From: Spirochaetia bacterium
GTDB lineage: Bacteria > Spirochaetota > Spirochaetia > UBA9216
DNA: 64,000 bases
Reading direction: 5' to 3'
Assembly (NCBI GenBank): GCA_963677925.2
Contig: CAXXYH010000003.1
Coordinates: forward strand, 1,568,001 to 1,632,000
A model generated the notes under the pieces. The model did not search any database. It was given only the letters and a program-made list of their open reading frames with translations, and was not told where the DNA came from. Position numbers and translations under genes: made by a program. Positions 10,588 to 20,397 of this stretch are shown piece after piece. The number at the start of each line of letters is the position of its first letter. The stretch's first letter is position 1.

Positions 10588-11523
10588 TCAGCCGAGGATT
10601 CTAAGCGCAGCAGCCTCATCGGTTATAAGCACTGTAAGAAGCCCTGCCTCAAGCGCAGCCTTGACAGCTTCGGCTTTCCCCGCGCTGCAGGCAATTCCAA
10701 CTCGCTCGGGGATATTCCTGAAACGGTTAAAATCTATGCCGATAATACGCTGGTTGAACGATATATCCAGAAGTTCTCCCCTGCTGTTGTAACTGTAGCC
10801 GCAGAGATGGCCGACAGCTCCGGCCTCCAGCATCTCGCTGGCTTCGGCCCGCGAAATAAATCCCGCACGGACAAGAGCACTCTTATCAATGTCATTTGAA
10901 CTTAAACCGACAAAAGCTATGTCGAGTTTTTCAGTATGATCAAGTGATGCCTTTATTCCGGGTTCAGTGAGCAGCATCTGCTTAAGTTCCGGCTTCTGAA
11001 CAATTACAGGGCATTGAAGCGGAAAGTATCTTGCATTGAGCTTTTTGGACATTTCACGGGCAAGGTCAGAACCGTCATACTGAGGGTTCTCCGAACCGAA
11101 ACCGCCCATAAGCTGTACAACGCTGGTGTCCACAACATTGAGCTGCTTCATCTGGTGAACCATCTGGTACAGGGTTGTCCCCCAGGCTATGCCTACCCTT
11201 GTTCCATCCTTTATAACAGATTCGGCGTAAGCGGCGGCTTCAGCCCCGGCAAGGTTCAGAACTGCACTCTGATCCGGTGCAGAGGGTACAATAATAACTG
11301 TCGCAAGATTATAGCGGGCTTTAAGACGCTCCCCGAGCTCGGTAGAGAACGGGGATGCATCATGTATTTTGATTTCAACAATGCCTTCGTCACGGCACTG
11401 CTTTAATATACTTGAAACGGTAGGCCTTGAAAGACTGTATTCGCGGGCAATTTCCTGCTGGGAAAGTTCATCAATGTAATATTTCCTGGCTATTTCAACC
11501 AGGAAATCACGGCTGCGCTGCAT
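10588..11523 (-). CDS. SorC/DeoR family sugar-binding transcriptional regulator
   Basis: YYIDELSQQEIA...SRPTVS HTH; GIAWGTT; LITDE C-terminus. Confidence 0.9.
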   Translation of the reverse strand: MQRSRDFLVEIARKYYIDELSQQEIAREYSLSRPTVSSILKQCRDEGIVEIKIHDASPFSTELGERLKARYNLATVIIVPSAPDQSAVLNLAGAEAAAYAESVIKDGTRVGIAWGTTLYQMVHQMKQLNVVDTSVVQLMGGFGSENPQYDGSDLAREMSKKLNARYFPLQCPVIVQKPELKQMLLTEPGIKASLDHTEKLDIAFVGLSSNDIDKSALVRAGFISRAEASEMLEAGAVGHLCGYSYNSRGELLDISFNQRIIGIDFNRFRNIPERVGIACSAGKAEAVKAALEAGLLTVLITDEAAALRILG

Positions 11524-11545
11524 GCAGGAATATTAACCTGAAAAC

Positions 11546-12955
11546 CTATTTTTTGGAAGCAGGAAGGTGAATACACCTGCCCAGACAGTCCGCACAGGCT
11601 TCCATAAACGCTTCTGAAATTGTCGGGTGACCGTGGATAATTTCTGACACTTCATGAACGGTAATTTCCATTGCCATAAGCGCTGCAGCTTCATTGATAA
11701 TCTCTGATGCGCTGTGCCCGACTATATGAACACCGAGAATTTCACCGTACTTTTTATCAGCAATAACCTTAACAAAGCCTTCAGCAGCACCCGCAGCCAG
11801 CGCCCTACCGTTAACTGCAAGCGGAAATTTACCGACTGCAATATCATATTCTTTTGCAGCCTCTTCCTCCGTCAGACCGACACCTGCAACTTCCGGTACT
11901 GAGTAGACAACGCCGGGAACAAATCGCAGATCCGCAGATGCGGGAGCTTCTTCAGTCTTTATGCCTGCATAAGCTGCGGCATTGACTGCTGCAACCTCAC
12001 CCATTTTAAAAGCGGCGTGGGCAAGCATTCGCTTTCCATTAAGATCGCCGGCGGCATAAATGCCTGAAACAGATGTTTCCATCTTTTCATTTGCGGTTAT
12101 CTTCCCGCGTTCACTCGCAACACCGGAAGCACCGGCACAGCTGGTGTCCGCCTGGCGGCCGATAGAAAGCAGAGCCTTATCAGCCTCTACAGCTTCGCCC
12201 TTGTCAACCGACAGCTTGATTCCGCCGGAGACCTTCTCTATCTTCTCAAGCTTGACGCCTGTTTTTATCTCAACACCCTTTTTCTTAAGCGATCTTGCAA
12301 TCAGATCAGCCGATTCCTTATCCATAAAAGGAAGAATCCTGGGTTCCATCTCTATTACTGTGATTTTACTGCCGAATGCTGCAAATACCATTGCAAGCTC
12401 GATTCCTATAACGCCGCCGCCTATTACAGCAAGCCGTTTGGGAACCTCCTGTATATCGAGGATCTCATCACTGGTCATTACATTGGGATCATCAATACCC
12501 TGAACAGGGATTCTGGAAGCCTTAGAACCTCCGGCAAGAATAACGGCACCGGCGGTAAAGGTTTTCTTTCCGTCAATCACGACCTCGCTTGCCGATTTTG
12601 CCTCACCTGAACCGTAGAATACTTCAACACCGTTTGATTTGAGCAGTGTACCTACTCCGCCGGTTAGTTTTTTTACAACCTGGTTCTTTGCAGACACAGC
12701 ATCCTTCATATCAACTTTGAAAGAGGTACTTTCAAGCTTAATACCTCTGGATGCAGCCTCGGCCAGTTCATAGATAAACTCGGCACTCTTAAGAAAATTC
12801 TTGGTCGGTATACAGCCCCGGTTAAGACATGTTCCGCCAAGTACATCTTTCTCAACAAGAGCAGTTTTCGCTCCAAGCTGAGCAGCCTTGATGGCAGCAA
12901 CATAGCCCGCGGGACCTCCGCCTATCACAATTACATCAAAATCTTTTCCAGCCAA
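11546..12955 (-). CDS. lpdA: Dihydrolipoyl dehydrogenase (E3)
   Basis: GGGPAGY, GGTCLNRGCIPTK redox disulfide, HPTISEA. Confidence 0.95.
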   Translation of the reverse strand: MAGKDFDVIVIGGGPAGYVAAIKAAQLGAKTALVEKDVLGGTCLNRGCIPTKNFLKSAEFIYELAEAASRGIKLESTSFKVDMKDAVSAKNQVVKKLTGGVGTLLKSNGVEVFYGSGEAKSASEVVIDGKKTFTAGAVILAGGSKASRIPVQGIDDPNVMTSDEILDIQEVPKRLAVIGGGVIGIELAMVFAAFGSKITVIEMEPRILPFMDKESADLIARSLKKKGVEIKTGVKLEKIEKVSGGIKLSVDKGEAVEADKALLSIGRQADTSCAGASGVASERGKITANEKMETSVSGIYAAGDLNGKRMLAHAAFKMGEVAAVNAAAYAGIKTEEAPASADLRFVPGVVYSVPEVAGVGLTEEEAAKEYDIAVGKFPLAVNGRALAAGAAEGFVKVIADKKYGEILGVHIVGHSASEIINEAAALMAMEITVHEVSEIIHGHPTISEAFMEACADCLGRCIHLPASKK

Positions 12956-12977
12956 ATCGACCTCCTATGAAAGCATG

Positions 12978-14309
12978 CTACGCCAGAATTGTAAGCGGAG
13001 ACTCAAGCAGATCACGTATTGTTTTAAGGAAGACCGCTGCTTCAGCGCCGTCCACAACCCGGTGATCAAATGTCAGGCTCAGTCCCATTATTTTTCGGTT
13101 AACGACTTCTCCGTCAATCATTTTAAGCTGATCTTCAATGGCACATACTCCGAGAATTCCGGCTTCAGGCTGATTGATTATCGGAGTGAAGGATGTTACC
13201 CCGTACATTCCAATATTTGAAACAGAAAATGTTCCGCCCTGCATTTCTTCAGGCTTAAGCTTTCCGTTTCTGCCCTTTTCCGCCATCTCGGCAGCTTTGG
13301 CTGAAAGACCTGATATTGTATAACAGTCCGCATCGGGAATTACCGGAACAACCAGGCCCCGTTCTGTTGCCACAGCCATTCCAAGATTTATATTTCCAAG
13401 ATACAGCAGTCCGTCACCTTCAAGACGGCTGTTCACTCTCGGATTAGCCCGAAGGGCTCTTGCTGTCGCTAACAGAATAAAGTCATTAATTGTAATAGAA
13501 CTGCCAAGACTTTCATTTAGCTTCTTTCTGGTATCAAGAAGTTCCGTAACATCCGCCCTGGTATTTTCAGTAACAACCGGAACTTCGGTATGACTCTGAA
13601 GCATTCGCTTTCCGGTTATCTTCTGTATATTAGTAAATTTAACGAATTCATCCTTCTGCTGTCCAGCTGAAACCGCAAAATTCTGAGATTTAAGTCCCGA
13701 ACCGAGGATATCGGCTTTAAAAACTTTTCCGCCGTGACCTGATCCTGCAACTCCTCCAAGTGAAATCTGCTGGTCGGCCGCGATTCTGGCGGCAAGCGGG
13801 GTCGCTGAAACAGAATCCGCTGACAGAACATCGGCTTCCCGGACTTCGCCGTGCTTTCCTGAAGGTGAAACTGAAGCCAGATCAACCTTCTTCTCACCTG
13901 CGGCTCTACGTGCTGCAGGAGTGGCCTTTACACGTCCGGACTCACTCACAGAGGCTGAAACCGCAGTGGCTGCCGGCACTTCGGCGGCGGAAGCGGTGCT
14001 ACCTGCTGCTGCAGCATCGGCAGCAGGAGCCTCCGCAGCTGCCGGAGCTTCCTCTTCGGGGACAGCTTCGCCCGGTTCGCCGATCCAGGCAATTGTCCTG
14101 ACTACCGGGACAGTACTTCCGGCCGGATATAGTATCTTGAGAATCTGACCTTCATAATCCGATTCAAGTTCCATCGTGGATTTATCTGTTTCAATTTCGG
14201 CAACAACATCCCCCTTGGAGACCTTATCACCTTCCTTGATGAACCATTCAATAATTACGCCTTCTTCCATTGCCATGCCCGTTTTGGGCATTATGATTTT
14301 ATCAGCCAT
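12978..14309 (-). CDS. Dihydrolipoamide acyltransferase (E2): one lipoyl domain, two E3-binding domains
   Basis: EIETDKSTME lipoyl site; Ala-rich linker; two ATP.A.R.A repeats; DHRVVDG catalytic motif. Confidence 0.93.
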   Translation of the reverse strand: MADKIIMPKTGMAMEEGVIIEWFIKEGDKVSKGDVVAEIETDKSTMELESDYEGQILKILYPAGSTVPVVRTIAWIGEPGEAVPEEEAPAAAEAPAADAAAAGSTASAAEVPAATAVSASVSESGRVKATPAARRAAGEKKVDLASVSPSGKHGEVREADVLSADSVSATPLAARIAADQQISLGGVAGSGHGGKVFKADILGSGLKSQNFAVSAGQQKDEFVKFTNIQKITGKRMLQSHTEVPVVTENTRADVTELLDTRKKLNESLGSSITINDFILLATARALRANPRVNSRLEGDGLLYLGNINLGMAVATERGLVVPVIPDADCYTISGLSAKAAEMAEKGRNGKLKPEEMQGGTFSVSNIGMYGVTSFTPIINQPEAGILGVCAIEDQLKMIDGEVVNRKIMGLSLTFDHRVVDGAEAAVFLKTIRDLLESPLTILA

Positions 14310-14317
14310 GGTTCCTC

Positions 14318-15301
14318 CTAAAGCAGGCTTTTAACAGCAGCCGCTATTTTTTCTTCAGTGGGTACTACCTGTGCCTCAAGTTCAGGGTTGTATGGAATAG
14401 GTACATCAAGTCCCCCGAGTCTTCTGATGGGTGCATCAAGATAGAAGAATGCTTCACTGTCGGCAATTGTAGCCGCAAGTTCACCGCCGAAACCGCCTGT
14501 CTGGCATGCTTCATGAACTATAAGAACCTTTCCGGTTTTCTTTGCCGAGTTGATAATTGTCTCCTTATCAAGAGGAACAAGGCTTCTGATATCTACAACT
14601 TCCACATCTATGCCCTCTTTAGCAAGATCTTCAGCAACCTTTATGCTTCTGGGAGCCATGCGGCCGTAGGTAATTATGGAAACATCCTTTCCCTCTCTTT
14701 TTACATCAGCCTTTCCCAGAGGAATTGTGTATTCTTCCTCAACTTCGGGAACCGGACCCTTTGCTCTGTAAAGCAGCTTCTGTTCTATAAAAACAACCGG
14801 ATTGTTGTCGCGTATTGCAGTTTTAAGAAGGCCCTTTGCATCGTAGGGAGTTGAAGGAATGACAACCTTAAGCCCCGGAACATGGGCTACCCAGGCTTCA
14901 AGACTCTGGCTGTGCTGTTCGGCAGCGCCTGTTCCTGAACCGCCGGGGGTTCTGAGTACCATGGGAACACTGGCCTGACCGCCGAACTGAAAACGGTTCT
15001 TGGCTGCCTGGTTCGCAAGCTGCTCCATTGATAGAGTGATAAAATCGCTGAACATGATTTCAGCTATGGTCCGCAGCCCCGTCATAGACGCGCCTGCGGC
15101 ACAGCCTGCAATTACAAGCTCTGAAATGGGAGTATCTTTTACTCTTTCAGGACCGAATTCTTCAAACATTCCTCTTGAAACACCGAAGGCTCCGCCGTAT
15201 AAACCTATATCCTCTCCTATGAAGATAAGATTCTTTTCACGGCGCATTTCCTCGCTCATAGCTTCATTTATTGCCTGTGCATATGTAATTTCTCTCATCA
15301 T
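14318..15301 (-). CDS. 2-oxoacid/acetoin dehydrogenase E1 beta subunit
   Basis: [30 protein letters not shown]. Confidence 0.93.
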   Translation of the reverse strand: MMREITYAQAINEAMSEEMRREKNLIFIGEDIGLYGGAFGVSRGMFEEFGPERVKDTPISELVIAGCAAGASMTGLRTIAEIMFSDFITLSMEQLANQAAKNRFQFGGQASVPMVLRTPGGSGTGAAEQHSQSLEAWVAHVPGLKVVIPSTPYDAKGLLKTAIRDNNPVVFIEQKLLYRAKGPVPEVEEEYTIPLGKADVKREGKDVSIITYGRMAPRSIKVAEDLAKEGIDVEVVDIRSLVPLDKETIINSAKKTGKVLIVHEACQTGGFGGELAATIADSEAFFYLDAPIRRLGGLDVPIPYNPELEAQVVPTEEKIAAAVKSLL

Positions 15302-15309
15302 ATTCTCCT

Positions 15310-16268
15310 TTAATCGGCATACACGTCGTCGAAGATGTTTTCGATCTTCGGTTCAGGGCTGTTCTCGGCAAACTCAACGGCCTTCACAACATCGTCTGCA
15401 GCCTGTTTTGCAATAGCATCAATCTCAGCCTGAGTCATTATCTTGTTTTCAAGAAGATAAGCGGTATGCCTCTTAATGGGACATTTTTCCTTCCATTCGG
15501 CAACCTCGTCCTTGGTTCTGTAAAGCTGGGCATCACTCTTGGAATGGCCTAGCCAGCGGTAGGTATTTAGAACCATAAGCATTGGTCCGTTTTCAAGAAC
15601 GTATTTCTTTGCTTTGATTGTCTCTTCGTAGATCTTCAGAACATCGTTTCCATCGAGTGAAATACCCTTCATTCCGTAGCTGGTAGCCCTTATGGAAATA
15701 TCGTCGATATTCATTGACTGCTTTGTACTGGTGGACATGCCGTAAAAGTTGTTTGTGCATACAAAAAGTACAGGAAGCTTCCATACTGAAGCAAGGTTCA
15801 GAGACTCATGAAAAGCGCCTTCATTTGAGGCTCCGTCTCCGAAAAAACATACTGTAATATTATTTTCCTTGTTGTACTGCTGTTTTAGAGCAGCACCGGT
15901 TGCCAGAGGAAGACCTCCGCCTACAACGCCGTTTGCACCGAGGCTTCCGACAGAAAAGTCAGCAATATGCATACTTCCGCCCTTGCCCTTGCAGTAGCCG
16001 GTTTCCTTTCCGCGGAATTCCGCCATCATCGGCCGAGATCCATGCCCTTTCCTATTGCCTGGTTATGGCTTCGGTGCGTCTGGAGGATGTAGTCTTCTTT
16101 TTCAAGCGGATGACATACTCCTATCGCAGCAGCCTCCTCTCCAATACTGAAATGAGCGGTTCCATGAACCTTTCCTTCTACGAAAAGTCTGGCCGCAGTT
16201 TCTTCAAATTCTCTGGTCTGCATCATCTTGAGCAGAAGCTCTTTGTGTATTTGTTTTGACAGCTTCAT
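15310..16268 (-). pseudogene. 2-oxoacid/acetoin dehydrogenase E1 alpha, split by a 1-nt deletion near 16029
   Basis: N-part (ATG 16268, GTAHFSIGEEA...GKGMDLGR*) and C-part (MMAEFRGK...GGSMH...GDGASNEG ThDP motif) overlap at ATGA. Total span is 959 nt, one short of 320 codons. Confidence 0.8.
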
Positions 16269-16323
16269 TTTTCCCCCCGTCAAATTTCTTTATTATCAGG
16301 ATGATTCGAATATAATCCATTAA

Positions 16324-16367
16324 TTTACTTTTGTAAAGTTTTATTTCTATATTTTTACATTTGTAAA
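16324..16367. promoter_or_regulatory. Two palindromic operators TTTACWTTTGTAAA upstream of the dehydrogenase operon
   Basis: TTTACTTTTGTAAA (16324-16337) and TTTACATTTGTAAA (16354-16367), 30 bp apart; the operon ends in a SorC regulator. Confidence 0.6.
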
Positions 16368-16533
16368 CTTTTTCCACCTGCATCTTAACATATATCTTCT
16401 TTATTAAAATAAAATAGCATTATTTTAGGCATATAATAAATCTATTTGAATGTACATTGATAAAGCTGATGGCTTTTTAAGTGGCGGTTTTTTATGATAA
16501 TATAAAAGACCGTTTTTTATCAGGAGGCATATT

Positions 16534-16701
16534 ATGAACATAAGAAAGTTTTTTTCACTTCTGATCACCATAATTGTATTGTCATCACTGACTTCATGTG
16601 TGATCCTGGAAAATGGCAGAATGCTGCCTCCGGGACAGGAAAAAAAGATAACCGGAGATAAGGATGCCAGTAAACTTGCTCCAGGAAAAGAAAAAAAATA
16701 G
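16534..16701 (+). CDS. Small (55 aa) lipoprotein with PPGQEKK/APGKEKK repeats, missed by the ORF track
   Basis: RBS AGGAGG at 16522; MNIRKFFSLLITIIVLSSLTS-C lipobox; mature part VILENGRMLPPGQEKKITGDKDASKLAPGKEKK. Confidence 0.75.
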   Translation: MNIRKFFSLLITIIVLSSLTSCVILENGRMLPPGQEKKITGDKDASKLAPGKEKK

Positions 16702-16715
16702 CGAAGGATCGGCAA

Positions 16716-17570
16716 TTGATTTTCACAATAGATAATGACTCATGTACATTATGCGGTCTCTGTTCCGCTGATTGTCCTCAGCAGGTAATAAACATAGACA
16801 GGGAATCGGGGGCAGCTGATATTAATAATACCCTCTGTATGCAGTGCAGCCACTGCGGTACAATCTGCCCGGTCGGGGCGGTGAAGGTTGACGGTGAGCC
16901 TTTTGAGGCATATGCAGAATCCCGCATCACCGATGATGAGTTGATCTCTGCTGCAGAGAATCTCATATTGGGAAAACGCTCGATACGAAGCTACCGTCAG
17001 GAGAAATTACTGCCGGAAGACCTGCAGGCTGTGATAAAAGCCGGGTATATGAGTCCCACAGCAAGCAATACCTGCCAGGTTTCTGCTTTAGTACTCAGCG
17101 GAGCGTATCTCGCTGCGGTACAGAAGGCAATGATCGATCTTATGTACCGGGTCGTTAAAACTGCAAACAATCCTGCAGGACGGCTCATTCTTAAACTGAT
17201 TGGTTTAAAACGGTATGCCGTAAAAAGTAAACTGAACAGTTATTATTCAAGACTCAGCTCTGCTGTTAAGGGAGAGTCAGACCCCTTATTTTTCAGCGCT
17301 CCATGTGCGGTAATACTCACCTTCCCCAAAGGTTCGGAACGCTTCGGCAGAACCGACTGCGCACTTGCAGGGCAGAATATGATGCTCACAGCCCAGGCAA
17401 GAGGGATAGGTTCATGCATGATTGGTTTTGCTGAGGTTGTACTGAAAAATAAAAAAATAAGAAGGCTGACCGGCATCCCTGACGACCGAAGTGTGGGCCT
17501 GGTCTTCACTCTGGGATATACCGACCGGAAATATCACCGCTACCCGAAACGGGAAAAGTGGAATTTGTAA
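16716..17570 (+). CDS. Nitroreductase family protein with N-terminal 2x[4Fe-4S] ferredoxin domain
   Basis: CTLCGLCSADCP and CMQCSHCGTICP; KRSIRSY, SPTASN, GIGSCMIG. Confidence 0.9.
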   Translation: MIFTIDNDSCTLCGLCSADCPQQVINIDRESGAADINNTLCMQCSHCGTICPVGAVKVDGEPFEAYAESRITDDELISAAENLILGKRSIRSYRQEKLLPEDLQAVIKAGYMSPTASNTCQVSALVLSGAYLAAVQKAMIDLMYRVVKTANNPAGRLILKLIGLKRYAVKSKLNSYYSRLSSAVKGESDPLFFSAPCAVILTFPKGSERFGRTDCALAGQNMMLTAQARGIGSCMIGFAEVVLKNKKIRRLTGIPDDRSVGLVFTLGYTDRKYHRYPKREKWNL

Positions 17571-17749
17571 ATCGAACTAAATTTCCGCTGCTGACTGAAA
17601 AACAAGCTAACCATACATCAACTCATAATGCTGGAATAAAATTTGGAATTTATTCTGCTGTTATACATGTACTACCCTATTGCTTTCTACTCTAGTTCAT
17701 TCTATATTTTTATAACTTCATAACTTTTTATTATATTAGGAGACATACA

Positions 17750-19270
17750 ATGGGATTAGGAACATTCGAAGAATATAAAGAGAGACTTTTTAAAATGAAA
17801 CCGAATATCTATATTAATGGAGAAAAGGTTGGACGTGATGGAGATTTCATGAGGGGCGGACTGTATGTAATCAAGCAGACATACGACTGCGCTCATGACC
17901 CCAAGTATGAAGATGTATGTACTGCAAACTCACATCTTACCGGCGAAAAGATAAACAGGTTCACGCACATTCACCAGTCAGTAGACGACCTGCTGAACAA
18001 ACAGCTGATGACCAAACTCCTCTGTCACAGAGTTGGCGGATGCATTCAGAGGTGTATGGGAACCGATGCTCTTAATGCCCTTTCAGTAGTTACATACGAC
18101 TGTGACCAGGCAAACAGAACTAAATACTATGAAAGACTCAACAAGTATCTTGCCTACTGCCAGGAAAAGGATCTTACCTGCAACTGCGCACAGACTGATG
18201 TTAAGGGGGTCAGAGGATTACGGCCGCATGAGCAGCCGGATCCCGATCAGTACCTAAGAATCGTTGAAGTACGCGATGACGGTATTGTTGTAAGAGGAGC
18301 AAAGGTCTGTAACTCTATCGCCCCATACACTGATGAAATAATCGCCCTTCCTACCAGATTCATGGGCTCAAAGGATGCCGCATACGCAGTAGCCTTTGCA
18401 CTTCCGGCAGACTGGGACGGTATCAAGATCATGGGACTTCCCGGACTTCAGGCCAAAAGAAGCAAGCTTAATGCTCCTGTTGCCGAAGTCGGCGATGTAG
18501 AATCCCTGACAATCTTTGATGACGTATTTGTTCCGAATGACAGGATTTTCCTCAACGGACTGGAGAATCCGGATAATGTTCAGTATGCAGGCTATCTTGC
18601 ACTGATGTTCGCCCACTTTCACAGACACTCATACACCGGCTGTAAAACTGCTGTATCTGAAGTTCTGGCATCACAGGCAACACTCGTTGCAGATGTGAAC
18701 GGAATTCTCAAGAAAGACCATGTTCAGGAGAAGATATCCCACATAATCGGAACTGCAGAGCTTGTATTTGCAGCAGGACAGGCAAGCGCGTACCGGGCGG
18801 TAAAATTCCCCAACGGTTCATGGGTTCCAGACGAGATTCTGACAAATGCAGGAAGAAGACTTGCAGGAAGCGAGATCTACAATGAATACTCAATCCTTGC
18901 CGACCTTGCCGGAGGAATCAGCGCATCACTCCCGACAGAAGAATCATATTATGCTCCGGAGACCGCCGAACTTGTGGCAAAATACACAAAACGAAACCCT
19001 GAATACTCAGCCGAGGATGCTCACAGAACCTTCAGGATGATGGAGAACAAGCTCTGTTCACCATTCAGCGGTGCGGAAATGGTTGCAGGCGTACACGGCG
19101 GCGGCTCTCCGCTGATGGAAACAATCACAATGATGTCCAGATACGATCTGAAGCCGCTGCTTGATATAGGAAAATACCTTGCCGGCATTAACGATGATAT
19201 CCCGAGATACGAGCGTCCAACTATGACCCCAAGGGTTATGCTTGATAGATTCAGGAAAACCCAGAAATAA
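17750..19270 (+). CDS. 4-hydroxybutyryl-CoA dehydratase (AbfD)/HpaB-family FAD [4Fe-4S] enzyme
   Basis: GGCIQRCMGTD, QTDVKG, HRHSYTGCK cluster-ligand motifs; HGGGSP. Confidence 0.82.
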   Translation: MGLGTFEEYKERLFKMKPNIYINGEKVGRDGDFMRGGLYVIKQTYDCAHDPKYEDVCTANSHLTGEKINRFTHIHQSVDDLLNKQLMTKLLCHRVGGCIQRCMGTDALNALSVVTYDCDQANRTKYYERLNKYLAYCQEKDLTCNCAQTDVKGVRGLRPHEQPDPDQYLRIVEVRDDGIVVRGAKVCNSIAPYTDEIIALPTRFMGSKDAAYAVAFALPADWDGIKIMGLPGLQAKRSKLNAPVAEVGDVESLTIFDDVFVPNDRIFLNGLENPDNVQYAGYLALMFAHFHRHSYTGCKTAVSEVLASQATLVADVNGILKKDHVQEKISHIIGTAELVFAAGQASAYRAVKFPNGSWVPDEILTNAGRRLAGSEIYNEYSILADLAGGISASLPTEESYYAPETAELVAKYTKRNPEYSAEDAHRTFRMMENKLCSPFSGAEMVAGVHGGGSPLMETITMMSRYDLKPLLDIGKYLAGINDDIPRYERPTMTPRVMLDRFRKTQK

Positions 19271-19286
19271 TTTTTTCCGTATTTTT

Positions 19287-19322
19287 GTTGTCCGCCGGTT
19301 GCTCTTCCGGCGGACAACTCTT
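19287..19322 (+). terminator. Hairpin (probable terminator) after the AbfD-like gene
   Basis: gttgtccgccgg-N8-ccggcggacaac perfect 12-bp stem; weak T tail. Confidence 0.6.
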
Positions 19323-19404
19323 ATAGTAACTGGAGCTTCTTGCAAAACTCGGTTAGTTTTGAAATTGCCTCAACCGGATAATATATTACAGGATGGTCGA
19401 ATAA

Positions 19405-20280
19405 GTGAAAATTTCACAGATTCAGTGTTTCATGGAAGCTGCTGAATGCCTCAGCTTTACGGAAGCTGCAAATAAACTTGAATTATCTCAGCCTGCCCTA
19501 AGCAAACAGGTAGCCGCTTTGGAAGAAGAACTGGAAATACAGCTTTTTCTGCGTATAAAAAAACGTGTATACCTTACTGAACCCGGAAAAATGTTTCTTG
19601 AAGGCCTTAAAAGGCTATCCGGAGATTTTAATATAATGCTTTCAGAAGTAAAAAGAGCGAGTGAGGGTGCGCAGCGGACAATCAGAATAGGCTACCTCGA
19701 AGATCGAAGCATCAGCCCTAAATGTACAAAGGCCATATCTGTCTTAACCGAGAAATATCCTGATATTAAAATAACGGTTGATCAGTTTAAGCTGATTGAA
19801 CTTCTTGAAAAACTTGATGAGAATCAGATCGATATCGGGTTCACCCTTGAGTTTGAATTGGGAAAACACCCGGCTCTCCGTCATGACGTTATTGCCACAA
19901 ACCACAATTATCTTGCAATCCCTGCGGACCATCCAAAAGTAAACCAGAAAGGACTGACCCTGGCCGACTTTTCAGATGAGACTTATGTAATCCTTGATCC
20001 TGAAGTCAGCAGTGACGTTGTTTCAAAACTGCAGGAATCCTGTGCGGAGGCTGGATTTACACCCAAACTTAAATATGCACCAACCCTTAGAACCCTTGCG
20101 CTCTGGGCCGAAGCCGGACTGGGAATTGCAGCCGTAGATAAGGGATGTTTCCTCTATCATAATCCTAATTTCAAATTCATCGATGTTCCTGAAATTCACA
20201 ATATGAATTCAATTGTAGTCTGGAATGAAAACCACCTGAGTAATGTAGGAAAAGTTTTTCTGGATATGGTGCTTCAGTAA
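19405..20280 (+). CDS. LysR family transcriptional regulator
   Basis: SFTEAANKLELSQPALSKQVAALEEEL...LTEPG. Confidence 0.93.
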   Translation: MKISQIQCFMEAAECLSFTEAANKLELSQPALSKQVAALEEELEIQLFLRIKKRVYLTEPGKMFLEGLKRLSGDFNIMLSEVKRASEGAQRTIRIGYLEDRSISPKCTKAISVLTEKYPDIKITVDQFKLIELLEKLDENQIDIGFTLEFELGKHPALRHDVIATNHNYLAIPADHPKVNQKGLTLADFSDETYVILDPEVSSDVVSKLQESCAEAGFTPKLKYAPTLRTLALWAEAGLGIAAVDKGCFLYHNPNFKFIDVPEIHNMNSIVVWNENHLSNVGKVFLDMVLQ

Positions 20281-20397
20281 ACAATTCAAGCTTACTGTGT
20301 AAATTTCTAAAAACCTTTTTTTTAGAAATTTTAATTGCAATTGGAAATGGAAACATCTATTCTTAAATAATTAAGATATAAATTAAGAGATTACCAG

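Noticed and set aside
13930-14070. GC-rich repetitive stretch
   Set aside because: It encodes the ordinary Ala/Pro/Glu linker of the E2 subunit.
16425-16715. 96-aa minus-strand ORF in the track
   Set aside because: It is antisense to the better-supported lipoprotein ORF 16534-16701, which has an RBS and a lipobox.
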